Assembly (NCBI GenBank): GCA_036172245.1 | Contig: JAYWIR010000003.1 | Span: 5,704,001-5,768,000 of the forward strand | From: Raillietiella orientalis | Lineage: Eukaryota | DNA length: 64,000 nucleotides | Direction: 5' to 3' | In this document: piece after piece, positions 23,881-38,000 of the stretch | Numbering within the stretch: position 1 is the stretch's first letter | Layout: each line of letters begins with the position of its first letter | The notes under the pieces: generated by a model | Database searches by the model: none | Seen by the model: the letters and a program-made list of their open reading frames with translations, nothing else | What the model was told of the DNA's origin: nothing | Program-made: the position numbers and the translations under genes

Positions 23881-26800
23881 GTCAGATCTTCTGCTGCAAA
23901 AGTGGCTTCCTTTCCTCTCTCTCTTGACGAAAGTCCCCAAATAGCATCACCCCGTGCTATCAGCATCCCCTCGTCCTCCTTTCATCTTTCCTCGCCTTTT
24001 CCCCAACTAGTTCCACGTTCCAGCCAGGAGTCGAAGGGGGAGGGGGGCAGTGATTCATCTTTTGCACTTCCCATTTCGCTCGATCCTCTCTGCTCCCACT
24101 TGTCATCCTTGGGAAGTTCTTTGTTGGCCTCTCTTCCACACTTTGGGAAAATGCCCGCCTTTTGGCTACTTCCATTTCCGCTTTCAAACGATCTGCCCGC
24201 CCGATGCTTTGTAACTCCGCCATCTTGTGAATTTTGGCAAAGGGAGTCCGCGAGAGCTTCAAGGATACTAACCCGCTCAGCAGGAAGCTGGTCACGAGCA
24301 GGCTTGAAGTACGCTCACGTGGAATGCGTCGGGGTGTGCACGCCTGGTCCACGGAATCGAAGCCCCTTTGGTGGACGCAACGGGGGCGTAGCGAAACGCC
24401 GGGGAAAGCAACAGTCTGTACGCTGCGCACGCATGTACATGCAGCACACGAATGCGCTTTCTTACATATGTCGGCGCACGTCACAAATTTGAGACACGAC
24501 GCGTCACGTGAGGCAATAGAGACATTCCCATCCGAGTAAGATAAAGGATCTCAGAATAAATGCAACAGAATGGTCCATTTGTGTACGATAAATAAATTAC
24601 TGTTCTTCCATCGAAATGAATTCTGATGCAAAATTAATGGCATACATTTGCTCATCATAAACCTATGCCTCAAGTTTACGCAGATATAAAAAATACGTAT
24701 GGTTTGTAGCACATTTTGTAAGCACATGTAAGCAAAGCACACGTGGGATGTTAACATAAAAAGCACGTATGTAAATATCATGCGTTCGTGTAAACGTCCA
24801 GCACGGTGGAGGGGTGCCCACCTACTTCAAGACTTGCTCAGTGTGTGCTCAGCATTCGTGAAGATTAAAGACTGAGCAGCGAAGAGATGGGCAACAAAAG
24901 AGGAGAATCGTTGGTGTGTTTTTTGTGGTCCCATTGCCCTCGCAGGGAGACGGAAAACTCATCAGGGATGCTTGTTCGTTTGTCGGGAAAGATCGGGAGA
25001 CGAAGAGGAAAAGTCGACAGCGTTTCCTGCTTTCCTTTGAAGACTAGGCACATCGCCTCTCCTTTCTTTCCTTTTTTTTTTTTTCTCTTTCTGTAATCCC
25101 TTTTTTCGAGGTTCGGAGCTTCCAAACGAGACCCTAAATGTGCGAATCCAAGCAGGTCGACTGAATACTCAGGAAGAAACGACTTCCGTGGCGCGGGGTT
25201 ACCACCGCAGGTGCGAAACGTTTTCCAAGAAAGACAGGAGACCCGAGTCGGGTTGCCACGCAGGAGAGTGCAGTTCGAAACGGGAAGGAGGAAGGAGCCA
25301 TCTTGGGGCTAAGCCCCCAGAACAGCGCCGAGCACTTCTCCACTTGAATGCGATGGGTCTCTCTGGGAAGCACGATAGGGAGAGAAGAAGCACCTGCGAG
25401 CCAGATATTTAGGCAGGAGGCCTGGCAATACTTCAGTCAGCGGTACACAGATGCTTGAGACTTTACAGACACACAGGCTTCGGCGGTTCACCAGATAGAT
25501 AAGAGCGCAGGAATGGCCATGCCTGTGGCTTCGGTTCCGGTCAATAGCTCAAGACGCTGCCGTCTGATCCCCTTACGTTAACCGTGACAGACGACGTGGC
25601 CACGGCGTCTCCCAGAGAACCGTTGCTTCCCTACCACTTCAGCGGTGCACCAGCTCGTTTTCAGATCGCCGATCAAAATAGTGAGTGTTCACATTCTCGC
25701 GCTCACGCAGTTCGAACTTCGATCAAAAAGGGAAAAACAAATACATCAAGTACAGCAACCACTCGCATTCCAGACTCGCTACTAACAAGGTCGTGCCCAC
25801 CTGTATTTGCATAGAGCTGTGCAAATTAATCTCGATCAAATGATCCGTGCAGACCCGCCCAGAATGGAGGAGACGAAGAATATACACACATTATTATTAT
25901 TCGTAGAACTGGGTGTTCATACGTGCATACATATATGTATATAAATACTGTGGTTCCACGAATATTCGAAAGCAAACATCAATTTAAACACCCCCTTACA
26001 TTCTCCAAGAAGGTCTCTCTATATAGGAGACGTCAAGTGGCTACTGAAGAGTCTGTGAAGAACAACGAAAAAAGAGAAAGAAACTATTTGCAAAAGTATC
26101 TTTCAGCTGCAGCTCCGCGAGAGATGCATTTCCATTTCACCTGTGATTTTCTCAACAGTCTTACCAGAATGAAGACCAGAGCGACGTTCGTTCTTTGGAA
26201 CCGAAAAAAAAAAAAAAAAAAATATATGCGATCTTTTCAAATTCGTGCTGCATGCCCAACACCTCGACACACGGCGGCACCAAATCCAACCCTTCGCGAT
26301 TCGCCTGGTGGAGATGCAGAATCCGGAGCCATTTGATTACCAGTCGAGGAACGGAAAGGCACTGATTTTTCGGAATCCAATCTGACTCCGATGATGAATG
26401 ATCTAGGAAACCGTTGGAGAAACTGTTCGAGAAGAAAAAGACCCAGATGTAAGAAACTGCTACTCATTAAAAGATACTTCCCCAATGGAGGCCAAGGCCA
26501 GTTTCACGTAACCGTAGGGATCGGATGAAAGAGCAGCGCAACAACCCACTTCATCATTGCAATGCAGTGGAAATGCTTCGAATCTCAGGGAGCTTTGACC
26601 ACCGAATCAGACAATCCCGCATGCAGAGATGACTGCTCTTGGGTTAAAGAATGACCGGCAGTGGGGGGGGGGGGAAAGTCTCCCATAAAAAGTTCTGTCG
26701 CAGGAGCTGCTCACAGAATGTTCTCCCCGTTCGCATGAAAGATGCATCAATTTGAAATACGAAGCACACACGATGTGTCACTGGGAAATCACGGAGGACT

Positions 26801-29439
26801 GTGCAAATGAGCAGCCAGTCCCAAGGAGTCGCTGAAATCTCTCTTTCGCTCCATTCCCTCCAGTGACGTTTCGATACTTTCATAGAGTAAAAAACAAGAG
26901 AGAGAGATGACGGAAGTGATTTCCGTTTTCGCACGGAGATGGAGAGGAAGATGAGGTATACAAAGGCACTTCGAACGAGAATGAAAGCAAAACACAAAAC
27001 GAAGAACGCATCTTCCAAAAGAATCCTCGTTCTTTTGAATTCAAACATGGCGGCGGCGCACGTGGCTCGAACGTGTTGCGGAGGTGGCGAGATCTCCGGA
27101 TGCCCACAAACCAATCAAAGGGATGGCGTTGAGGGCTCTTCAGCACCAAATTTACAGACACTTACTTTTGCTGACAGAATTCGGCTTTCCCCTCTGGTTC
27201 TCTTCCCTGCTTCCAGAATCGATGATTGCAACCCGATAAGGCAAGCGCGAGTAATATCCAGCAACGGTTCGAACTTATTCCCAGTTGTCCCTACTACGGG
27301 ATCGTCCCTCGCCAGCACGACTCCTCCGATGGTCTAGGCGTCCCCACAACCTGATGAGGTTGACATTGGACTGATTTCCAGCAACCGACGGCATCATAAT
27401 GAGATAATGCGAAAGATTGGCGAATTAACAGGGGTTCGATCACCAGAAACGCCAGACGACACTTCCGCTAGTTCGGAGCAACGTGGACACCCATCCTCCC
27501 ATAGTTGGAAACACAGAACATTGCAGACACCAGCTCGCAGGTGTTTCTGCTAAAGCAAAGGTCCTCTCGAGCGCGCCGAAAACTTACACTCTTTCTGAGA
27601 ATTCCGACCCACTCTGCTCTTTTATCGGAGCGACCGAACTCTTTGTCTGGAGATAATTGATGCAAATCAAGTCATCAAGCGAAATTGGCGGGAATATGGG
27701 GACCCGGTGACCCGCACCCAAATCCAGCAGCGCGCTTGGGTATTCTTTCAAAGAATCTGCTTTGCTGGAATTCACTTTGATTCACTAAGCACGCTCTTGA
27801 TGAGGAGTTTCTGTAAATCACGCTTGATGGAAGGCTAAATGATTAAAAGAATTTGAGCTCTGGTATTCACACTCGCGCCTATAGAATGTGGCCCATGAGG
27901 GGCGACGCAGGAAAGAAGGAATTTTTCGTCTTATAATTGCTTCCAGACGGCATTTCTCATCACGGAGATCCACAGAATCGCTCAAGGAAATGGACCGAAA
28001 GCTCCATTTCGAAAGGAAGGCTAATCCCAAATTTCGGCAGGTCCTCTGGAAAGGGTCGAGCGATCAAAAGTGGAATTCCAGCGAGCCCAGCAGAGTGTGA
28101 CGTGATTCCGTGATTTACAGCCTGCATTGCTTCCCAAGTGATGAGCCACCAGAAACGCGGACGACTGCTCGGTGCCTCCTTGACCACCTCAGCGCGCTCC
28201 CATTCGCTATCAGACAAAAGCGCATGGGTCCACCACACCACTGGATGGTGGCAGCTCGAATCTCTTCGTGAGGATATCACCATTTTTTCAGAGCCTTCCT
28301 GTACGTCAGCTGCAGGCTCCCTTACGTTTCTGTGGATGAACCGGGGGGTGGGGGAGACTCTGGGTGATTCGCCACCGCCTTCGTGAGATTTGCCTGTTAC
28401 GAAAGAGTTGGTGAGGGAGACGGCGGCTCTGTCGCACTCTTCAAAGCATCACACGATCGCTCTTAAGCTCCGCATGCCCTGCAAGGCGTGCTTCTTGCAT
28501 TGGGATAAAGTACCGGATGATGAGACGCAAACCCAACCTTCCGTACTGAAAACGCAGCAGACTGCGCTTCCTGCTTTCTCAGAATCCAATCCTCGGTTCC
28601 CACAACACCAAGGTGATTACACACAACACGAAGCGGCAGCAAAATGATTGAATGGTCGTGGCATTTGTTTTCCCTGGAACACAGGGTTCCCCTTTGTATT
28701 TGCGACGGCTATAATCACGCTTTTTTTCTCCTTCTTCCTTTTTAAGGAAAAAAAAAAAAAAGAAATGGGCCTAATTTTTATTGAAAACTTCACTTGCACT
28801 TCGCAACGTTAGCTTTCGAGTTGTGGAGTGCAAGTGCCGCCGCATGGGCTTTGGGATTATAGGAACTTCGGAACCCATCGTCACCCAGTGGGGGAAACTC
28901 GGTTCACACCGGCAACGTAATGAAGTTTTCTCTCTGCGATTCATCCTGGCTGCAGCCTCCGGCAAACCTCTCGTTCTCAGAAAAGTTCGGCTGCTTCGCC
29001 GTTTGTCGCAAACCGAACGACTGTTTCCCTGTATCCGGCAGGACCCGAGTATTCGCCTTCGCGAAAGAGGTCAACACACATGTCACTGAGAATCTTCTAT
29101 AGCCTGATCCCGCCCCGAGCGATCGGTTCCCCGCACCCACCGTGTGCTTGGATTTCTAAATGAATCTGCGTCCCGCGTATCGTTTCCGAATCTTCAAAAC
29201 GCAGCTTCTCGGTTTCAGCCGTTTGCTCTCTGTGGTCTTCCTTGCCTCGTGCTCCTCGCCTTTGTCTCTCTTGCTCCCAAACTGATGCAAAGTTTGCACC
29301 CTGGAGGATTTCTACAGCGTCGAGTTCCACGAGGAGATTCCAAACTGACATCTTTCACTTCAAAGGCCCCAATTTGGGAGTGTTATTCTCTGGGCTATGA
29401 GATCTAATTGGCATCACTTAATAGCATCATCATTGATGT

Positions 29440-30150
29440 CAGCAACAAAAGCAGGCCCTGGTTAGGGCGCGGTGTCAATGGTGCCCTAAGTATTTGTGCA
29501 ACGATCAATGCAAACAAGCGAACGTGTTCTGCCGAATCCGGCAACCGTCCGGTGGTCCTGCTGCTGCACTCAGCTGGCCGTAGGATACTTGAAATGACAC
29601 TTCGCAAATTTCTTGCTGGCTTCTGAATCGCGCGCAACCGTGTTTGTTCTCTGGAAGTGGTGAGGAGGGAGGAATTTGCTCTTTCACGTCGAAGTGGTTG
29701 CTGATAGTTCACGCGCTCGGCACCCCATTCACCCCACCACAACCGATCCCTTTGCGCGCTCTGCTTGCTGTGGGGCGGCGATATTCCTTGCGATCCGCGA
29801 GCATCCGACTCGCGTCATCGCTTAGCAACAGCCGGAACTTGGAAGACGGCAAGCACCCCTGAAAGGTTGCGAACGGCGCCATTTTTCGTCGAATGGGAGC
29901 AGGACGCATGTGCGCAGCATCCGGGGTTCGATGAAGGTGAGTCCAAAGGAGCTCGTTTTTTTTCCAGCGATGCGTTGGATTTTCAGAGAATCAGCTGCTT
30001 AACCAGACTTTCCGGCCGCGGAGCCACTTGTGTGCTTTTATTGGGATTCTGGCAGTGAGGATGAAGAACGCAATAGTAAACACACACGTACACACGTGAA
30101 GCAAACGGATTCCGAGGTGAAACCCCTGGAGCCGAACGAAAAAGCTCTTG
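29440..30150 (+). mobile_element. Decayed LINE reverse transcriptase fragment
   Basis: NRPVVLLLHSAGRRILEMTLRKFL (~29543-29614, cf. YRPIxLL..KhhE), DPRASDSRHRL (~29790, cf. DxxKAFDSVxH), GFDEGESKGARFF (~29925, cf. GVPQGSxLGPxLF) and LEPNEK (~30125). Confidence 0.5.
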
Positions 30151-30574
30151 GCAACTCGGGTCATCTTCACCCAGGATGGCACGCCAGCAACGAACAGGGA
30201 ATCGCACAAGCGGCGAAGTCGCACGTTTCAGAACAGTACCAGGAAAGATTTTTCCCAAAAAACAAGAAAGAAAACAAGAGAAAAAGACGTGTTTTCCTAC
30301 GTTCGCCTTTCCGAAGAGATCCGAGGCTCCGATCGAGGAATGTGGTGTTTGATCGGGGAGAATAGGATATGATCCGTTCCCGCAGCTGTATTTGCAGACA
30401 TGTTTTACGAAAAACTCGGGAAACAGTTAAGGGTTTTATTTGTAAACAAATGGGGGAGAAAATAGAATTCAGCAAATATTGTGATTGAGAAAGAACGCGC
30501 GCTCTCCAGCGGGAACGTTGCTTGTAGACAATCAAACAGCTGCACATTCACGTAATAACGGAAAGAAACCTTGG

Positions 30575-30577
<3 letters not shown>

Positions 30578-30620
<43 letters not shown>

Positions 30621-30645
30621 TACATACATACATACATACATACAC
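30578..30645. repeat. Compound microsatellite (CA)n followed by (CATA)n
   Basis: Read directly: an AC run to ~30616, then TACA units to ~30644. Confidence 0.97.
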
Positions 30646-31649
30646 GAAAACAGAAAAAAAATTTTTTTTTCGTTCCCCACCGTACAGCGCGTCACCACCA
30701 CCACCGGGATTCAAGCGGCGTAGCCAAATACTTGATGACTTCTCTTGTGGAAAGGGTCACGGAAGGAGATTTCGAATGACGTCAGACCGAGTCCACGCAA
30801 GCTCCGGAACCCACGGGGTGATCCCCCATCGGACCTGCGTACACACCCGCGCGCGTTTCCCGGCTCCAAGGAAGACGCGTGGATGTCGACAGCACCCCTT
30901 AACCTCCTCTGCTTGCGAGGCGGGTGCAGCGCTCCGCAGGGGGAGGGGGTTGGAACTGCTAAAAAAGGCACCAGCAGCCTGTGCAGCTGCACCCTTTGGC
31001 AGACCGAGAAACATTCCGCGGTACAAAAATCGAAACTGGGAATGGTGTGTTCGTTACAGCAACGCACAGACACCTGAAAAATGGAAACCCACGCAGATTA
31101 CCTCTCTGCGGTCTCCGCTGCAATAACGCTGGTAGCGCATCGCACAGTTAACATCGATTCGCGAGCTATTAAGAATCGACCTCCAGTTCGGAAAGATGAT
31201 GTCCATACTAAAGGTTACTTACTACACACACCCGAAACACACGCCTACTCCTGCACGCGTGCATACACGCCAGTGCATAGCTAATTAGTGCATCGGTAAC
31301 TGTTCAAGTCATGTGTGATTTCTAAAGCTACGCAGGTAGAAGAACTCTTCATCCATTTTTTCTTCCTCTCTCTCTCTCTATCTCTCCCTTTTCAGATGCG
31401 CCAACGTATCTAATTTCCGATCGTGTGCGTTTACCCACGCTTCTACGATTCTCCAGAATCCCCTATTCGGAAAACGGTTGATCCAATCCACTCGTCATAT
31501 ATTCCATCAGTCGATCTCGCAGAGAGCACGAGACATTCCGGAAATCAAGTGTCGAGCAAGTGTTTGGCCAAGGTGGGTCAGGTCCCGCATGCCTGCACTG
31601 AACCGTTCTGGGAAAAGTCACATGGATGCGAGTAGGTTTCCCTCCCCAT

Positions 31650-32800
31650 CATGCATACAAAAGTGAGAACCTCTTTGAAGAAAGCAAATCATCAGCAAAA
31701 CGAAGGGAAAACAACTCTCCCTGAAGCCGCAGAAGCTTCCAGACTGTGCGAGTCCTATGATACGCTTCCCCATTGAGAGAATTCTTTTTCCGGCACTCCC
31801 TTTTCGACCTACCAGAGCGATCCCGCAACCTTCGCGCTCGTCGCGGGTCAGCAGCAGATGAACACAAGGTGTTCCACGAAATCGCTTGCTGCTTGCCTCG
31901 TGCCCTCCCACTCGAAGTTCTTTGTTTTCTACGTGCGCCAACAGCACACCAACAACCGTTTATGTCTTAATAGTCAGAAGTCATGCCACGGCATCACGTT
32001 CTTACAATACCACTATCGTATTCCAGTATGATCCCAGATTCTAGCGCAACAAGAGCAGTCGACTATCATTCTATTGTGGCGAAAATATTCTAATCGAGGT
32101 AACACTGGAAGGCAACTGTGGGTACTATCCGCGAACTCATCCTCGGGGTTCGATTGCACCCATTTTTGAAGCTGGGACTCAACAAATCTTCCTCCGACTT
32201 CGACGGATGGGAACCACTGATCGGATAAAGACGGTTGTCATCGACGGTTGTCCGTGTCAGCAACATAGCGCGGTGATTATAGAGGGCTTGAAAAGGACCC
32301 ATTTCGAAGTATTCTACATCCAGCGGCTGGACGGTCGGTCGACGTGGGTCTCAAGCGACAGCCGCAACCGACTCTGGACCGGAATTCGCCACGTCTTCCT
32401 TTCCGTCTCCGTACGCTACAGCAGATGGTAAGAGCACCAATGCAGCCGCTACGTGCCGAATACTTCGAAACGGATCCTTTTCGAGCTCTCTATGATGGCT
32501 GTTCTACATTACAGACACGAACATCTCAAGAAATCGTTGTTATTTGATGACATCTTACACCGACGTGGATGTTCATAACAACAGAACATCAAGCGGTGAG
32601 ATTCAGCGTGAGGTGCACGTGGAATCGGTAGCAGTAAGAGATGGGGGTCCCAAGAGGATTCGGCTGATGTACACTCTTACCAAACGATTCTGACCTCGAT
32701 GTCTACGTGAAAACACGGGGGAAAAGGAAAGGAAAACACTTTCGTTTGGATTCAGGCTGCCTTTTGCTAGGTCAAGTGAAACCCTTCTGAGAAAATGCAC
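31650..32800 (-). mobile_element. Decayed CR1/L2-group LINE reverse transcriptase and C-terminal region
   Basis: CYRF (~32630), MGPFQALYN...TVDDNRLY...EEDL (ORF 32302-32090, cf. LGPxLF...FADDTKLY...LQxDL), NLG/SGIILE (~32040) and LSMGKRIIGL (~31780, cf. LSYxERLxxL). Confidence 0.55.
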
Positions 32801-33259
32801 CCTGGATCTCCAAAAACAGCGCCTGTTCTTTTCATCCGCAACCAAAACATAGCTTAGATACAGACATGACTTCATGGAAAGTGGTTTGGACCGCGGGTCA
32901 CGACTGTCCTCTCTTGCAAAGAAAAGCATTTTTTGATGCACACAACTTGCAGGTGTCCAGAACGCTCATGACGGCTTAGTCGTTCTACACAAAGAATAGA
33001 GTCATCTTTGGATCGCAGTTTCCCGATGTAAAAGAAGCTGTTCGTCGCTGAAATTCCTGGGAGCGAGAAAGGAGAGGCAGTGCTGAAGATGAGGATGGCT
33101 CTTTTTCTAATCCTGACAAAGATATTTTTGTAGCAGCAGTTCGTTAAAACACCGTTCTTAGTTTTGGAAGGAAGATCCACCTATCAGTTTCCATTCGCTC
33201 GAGCGAGTTTGGAGAGGCCCATAGCCTTGGAGGCGACAGGTCCATTCTCCAAACGAAGG

Positions 33260-33860
33260 CCCACTGACGGGACGAGAAGTCTCACGTACGATCTCGGGTT
33301 TTGCTGCCCCCTTACTTTCAAAAGTGAGAAAGAAAAGATGAATCCGGGAAAAATCTGTTTGCGTGATCTGTGGTACCCATCTAGAAACCGGTGCTTGTGA
33401 AATCATCTCTTCCTTATTCTCAAGCGAGGACCGTTCGGATGTTTACTGAGTTTTCCGGAACACTCCGAGCGACCGTCAGGATGACCCTTGGTTTGGGTGC
33501 CTTGCCCTGAGGTGAGCGAATCGGCCTCCGCCAAAAGCAAGGAATGGTCCATTGAGACTCGACTTCAGCTTCCATGCAGACGCCGTCCTCGTGGACGCAG
33601 AGATCCTTCTTTACCACTTCGTTGTGGTTCACGCGTCGCACCACACCAGTTTGCTTCCCTCGCTCGTTCCCTTGAAATGCATCCCTCTGGAAATCACTCT
33701 GGAAGAGTCGCAAGATTTTCCTTCCTTTTTCTTTTGTGTCTCCTGGTTTCATGGCCTTCTGATGCTTCTGCCCGGACGAGACGAGTGCCTCTTTTTTTTC
33801 CCAAGGGTACGCACTTTCTCCTTTCTGTCCCTTGTTATCAAGCCAGGCACCACTTCCTCC
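33260..33860 (+). mobile_element. LINE 3' fragment (RNase H and C-terminal Zn-binding remnant)
   Basis: PTDGTRS...GF (~33260-33300, cf. YTDGSK), LVWVP...ESASAKSK (~33488, cf. WVPxHxGxxGNExADxxAK) and THFLLSVPCYQARH (~33808-33850). Confidence 0.45.
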
Positions 33861-34149
33861 GCACTCTCTCTTGGGCAAACGGAACCCTTGCGATGACTCG
33901 ACTGCTCTTTTCACTCGGACCCTCGGCGCGCCCATACAGTGCCGGACAAAAAAAAGGGCGAAAAAGGCACCTCAAATTCTTTTCTGGAGGCCCCATGGGG
34001 CTCCTCGGGTGCGCACCCCTCTTTTAATATCGAATGCCCGTGGCACCACTGACTTCGAAAGAACGCGGTCTCCAAGAACGTCAAGCACGGTGACTGCCTT
34101 CAGCAGGACGCAAGAGAAAACGGCAGACGCTCAAAAGAGGCGGGAGGAA

Positions 34150-35000
34150 TGTCGTGGCTCAAGACCCGATAGAGGCGTCTTTCTTTGGATTGGAGGCTGA
34201 GGAGGCAGATGACCGCGGTGCGAGCTCCGACGGGATTCGAAGGGCGAAACGGTCCTGAGCCGATTCTTCTGGGAAGCAGTCTCTTTCCCATCTTGGAAAA
34301 GAGACTTTGACCCTGTGGGCTGATCTCCTCCCTTCTCTGCCGAGCGCAAGCGTTTGATTGTCCTTCGAGCGCGGGCAGGCTGCCTTCCCCTCCTTGGTCG
34401 GACATCCAAGAGCTGGCTTCGGAGTGATGTGATCCCGGAAGATCACTCATCTTTCCGTGGCTTCCCTTTCCAACTCATCTCTCTACTGCTCTAGTGCGGA
34501 AAAGTTCCGAGGGATCTCGAAGGGAACTCGGGAGTAAGTAGGCAACGAGGCGATCCGCTCTCCTACCCATTCGAAGGAGTCGGCCAGAGGCTCCTCGAGG
34601 GAGGAACCCCCATGCTGAAACTCGGAGGTTTCTTTTCCTCGCCCCTTCTTCGACTTTTGAGAGACTCCACCACTTCGGGGGGAGCTGCACTTCTGGGCTC
34701 CGACCCACGGGACCTGCGGGATGCACCCGGAAGACTGCTCGAGAGCGCCCTAGCAGCGATCGCTGGCACGATCCACGGAGATCTTACTCTTTAGCAGCGC
34801 TCCTGCAGGATCGCTAAGCAGCAGCATGCCTATTCTCCCTGCCATTCCTCTGGGAAGAGGGAAAGAGGGAAGAGGAACCGTCAGGGGAAGAGTTGCCCCC
34901 AAGGATGAAGGGAAGGAGGAAGCAAACGGCTCTTCTCCCGATCAAGAGCCCACCTTGGGTGATGTCGGGAACTCTGTCACCACGGAATAGGAGAGATCGA
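34150..35000 (-). mobile_element. Possible decayed LINE reverse transcriptase fragment
   Basis: VPDITQGGLLIG (~34970), SLRDPSELF (~34525), WMSDQ (~34405) and SLPALEGQSNAC (~34380) occur in RT-like order; very degenerate. Confidence 0.3.
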
Positions 35001-38000
35001 TTGGGTCGATGCTGCAAAGATGCAGCGCAGCGCCAACCTCGCGACGGGAGCTCCACCAGAGATCACTTGGAAAAGGGGGAATGTGGAGGAGCTTCTTCCT
35101 GCGTCAGGCAAGCGAGCTAACCGGAGGAGAAGGCAGCAGGTGGGTCTGGAAAGAGCGTGTGACCTCCATGCGAGGTCGATCCAAAGGGTCAACTGTTTTG
35201 GCTTTTCTCCCCATCGTGTCCCATCCACTCTGCTACTCGCGAGAACGGGGGAAGAGCTCTGATGCCCGAGAGGGAAGTCTCCTTGGACTAAAAGGCTTTC
35301 AAAAAGGTGAGCACCGGCAACAGGAGGAACGAGGACGAAGAAGGAAGGAAAAAGTCGGGGGGCAGGAATGAACCCAGAGGGTTCTTGGAGCAGGATTGGG
35401 CGAAGTGGTTTTCAGGTCTTTGCGAGGCGGAGTACGGAAGGGAGGGCAGGACTGGGAAGAGCAGTAGGCAGGCGGACGCTGACCAAGGAGGCGCAGAGGA
35501 AGACGGAATTCCAAGGGGGGATCGGGCCAGAGGACTTCTTCCCTCGGAGAATCCGAATCCGCCCGCCACCGTCTTGGCTAGGCGAAGCTCGGTCCAAGGA
35601 AGACAGGTGAAGGAGTGGAGCCTCTTTAGAGATTAGCCCCAGGAATGCATGGATTTGTGGGAATTTGGGGTCGATGGGAAGGAACGAGTCTCCGCGCCAG
35701 GACATCGGTCAGTAGGACACCGACGGGGAGGATGTTGTTAGTCTTCAGGCTCGCGCTGCTTCACCAGGAAGCCTCATGGATCCGAATACTCGCGCGGACC
35801 TCTCCCGAGTATTCTTAGGCAGCGGACCGCGGAGCAAACCACCCGGGCCCACGAAGACCAGGCTGTCTAAAGGGGCGGTCTCGGTGCGCAGAGCGAAAAT
35901 GGCCGACTTTGGGATGACTTTGAAATACGTTCCTTTGTAGGTGTGTGGGTGCGGGATGGGCCGTGCTGGGTGGGAATATGCTTGCGCTGCATCCGTTCCA
36001 AGCGGGTGGTGGGAGAATCTCCAAGGGGATGCTCCGTGCGCCACAGTACGCGCGGGCAGCGGCAGCGGCGGCGGGTAGAGGCCAGCGCCCCGTGCCTGCG
36101 TCGCTGCTGGAGATACCCCGGGGAGAGGATGGAAAGATGGACGCGTGATGAGTCATCGCGGACGTCCTCGAGCACGTCCGCACCTCTCTCCAGGTCGTCT
36201 CCGAAGGCGGCGTCGGCTGGTGGGAAGTCGGGTGTCAGCCGCGGGGAGTCCGAATTCCTTTTTCCCCTTTGGGGGGGGAAGAAGGCAGGAGGTGGAGAGG
36301 GGGCAGATCCAACCAGCGGGCCAGCCGCGAGCAGATTCCGGCGGTGGCGCCCGCAGCTCTGCCTCCCTGGATACGCGGAGAGCACATCTCCCGCATGTTC
36401 CAGGAGCACGTGCACGGGTGAGCTGCCCTCCCCGGGGGGAGAGGGAGAGACGCGAGTGGTGAGACGAAGGGAGTCTGGTGGGGGAGGAAGGGAAAGAGGA
36501 AGGGACGGTCGCGTCCAGGTTCGCGTGGCACACGCACGCGCCCAGTTCGTTGTTTTGCGGGTGTTCGTGGATTCTCCGTTGGCGTTAAGGGTCATATGCT
36601 CTCCTGCAAGGAGGATCCCCATCCAGCGGCATGCAACTCCCTCCCCCTATGCAAAAGCCGCGCTTCCCGGTCTTCCCTAAGGAGCTTTCGGCGCGCGCCC
36701 GCTGGCACTCTGCTGGCAGGGAGACAGCCAGGGTTCCTTCTTTCGGATCCAGCGTCACTGAGCATCCCGCAGCCCCTATGCAGCCCACCGTTGGCCACTG
36801 GGAAGCAGGGATGGGCGCGCCAGCAATCCGCTCAGTTCAGAGTTGGAGAAGGAGGCGTTTCGAGTTTCTCCGGTCCCCAGTCTGCACCCACTTTTGGGGC
36901 CTCATTTTCGGCTCTCTGCAACAGATTCCCTTATTTAGGGAGCCGACTGGGATCCACACAAAATTTCTCATTAGCACCCTAATTAGAGCTCGCGCCAATC
37001 CCTCAGATGCAGCCGCATTTACTTTCCAGGAGGCGCCAGAGCTCCCCTGAGGATGGTAGGTAGGTCGCATTCCGGGTCCCAGGGTGGCCGCAAGTGAAAC
37101 GCAGGTCATCTTTTACTACAGAGTCAAAGGGGAGGTGAACCCGCCTGAACATCATTTCGAAAAGGGCGCCGATGCTATAGCCACGCCACAGGAAAAGGAA
37201 AAGACAGAGAAGAGGGCAGCTGTTGAGACCGGAATGTGGAAGGAGGATGGGCTCGTGGTGGAGCTTCACGGACGCACGAGAGGAGAGGGTGGGGTGGGGG
37301 ATGGAGACAGCTTGCCTGCGCTCCAAGGGCAACCTCCGTGCGGTGGCTCTCTGGCTCCAGCACTGCGAGTGGGCGCCTGGTGGCCACTCTTGGGGTGTGC
37401 GAATTCTGTACTCACTATGGTTCTTATCCCGAGATTCTCGAACACACGGAAACAGATGGAGATCCCTCGGCGAGACTAGCGCCCCCCTAGGGAGATGGCG
37501 GGAAGCGGCGCGGACGGGCATCAGGAGGCCCGCCACTGACACCCCGGCATGGCTTCGCCCGGGAGCAGTGCGCCCAGCCGAGACGCCGGAGAGAGCAAAT
37601 TAGCGCCAGAGCAGGAGTCCCCGAGAAACGAGGAGTTCGTTCTGGAAGAATGGCCCCTCCCCTCACATCCGCAATCTCCTCGCTAGCGAAACCCGAGCAA
37701 CCGAACGGTTTCCGAGAAGAGGGAGAGGCCTCGTCAAGGGAACGTCGGAGGTGGTGAGCTGCAGGGGAATGGGTGGCTCAGGAGCGTGGACGCCGACGCG
37801 TCACCGAAACGGCAACCTCAGAAACTGATTTCTGTGCTCCCGCGCGATGCCGCAGGAGAGGGGGGGAGTCCGAGGAGGACGCGGTGTCCCAGGGCGGCGC
37901 TGGGCAGCCTCGGGCACCAATGGAATTGAAACTCCGGTGCTTCCGTGGGTCGCGGCCGGTGGAAGGCGGGAATGATGTCCACGCGGACGATGAGCCCCTC

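Noticed and set aside
27400..28150. Possible APE endonuclease remnant on the minus strand
   Set aside because: Motif order is suggestive (LITW, LEAIIRRK, SGDRTPV) but no catalytic motif is intact.
31069..31090. Possible recursive splice site (TTTCCATTTTTCAG|GTGTCT, minus strand)
   Set aside because: The acceptor is plausible but the regenerated donor GTGTCT is poor; I saw no strong AG|GTRAGT ratchet point in the intron.
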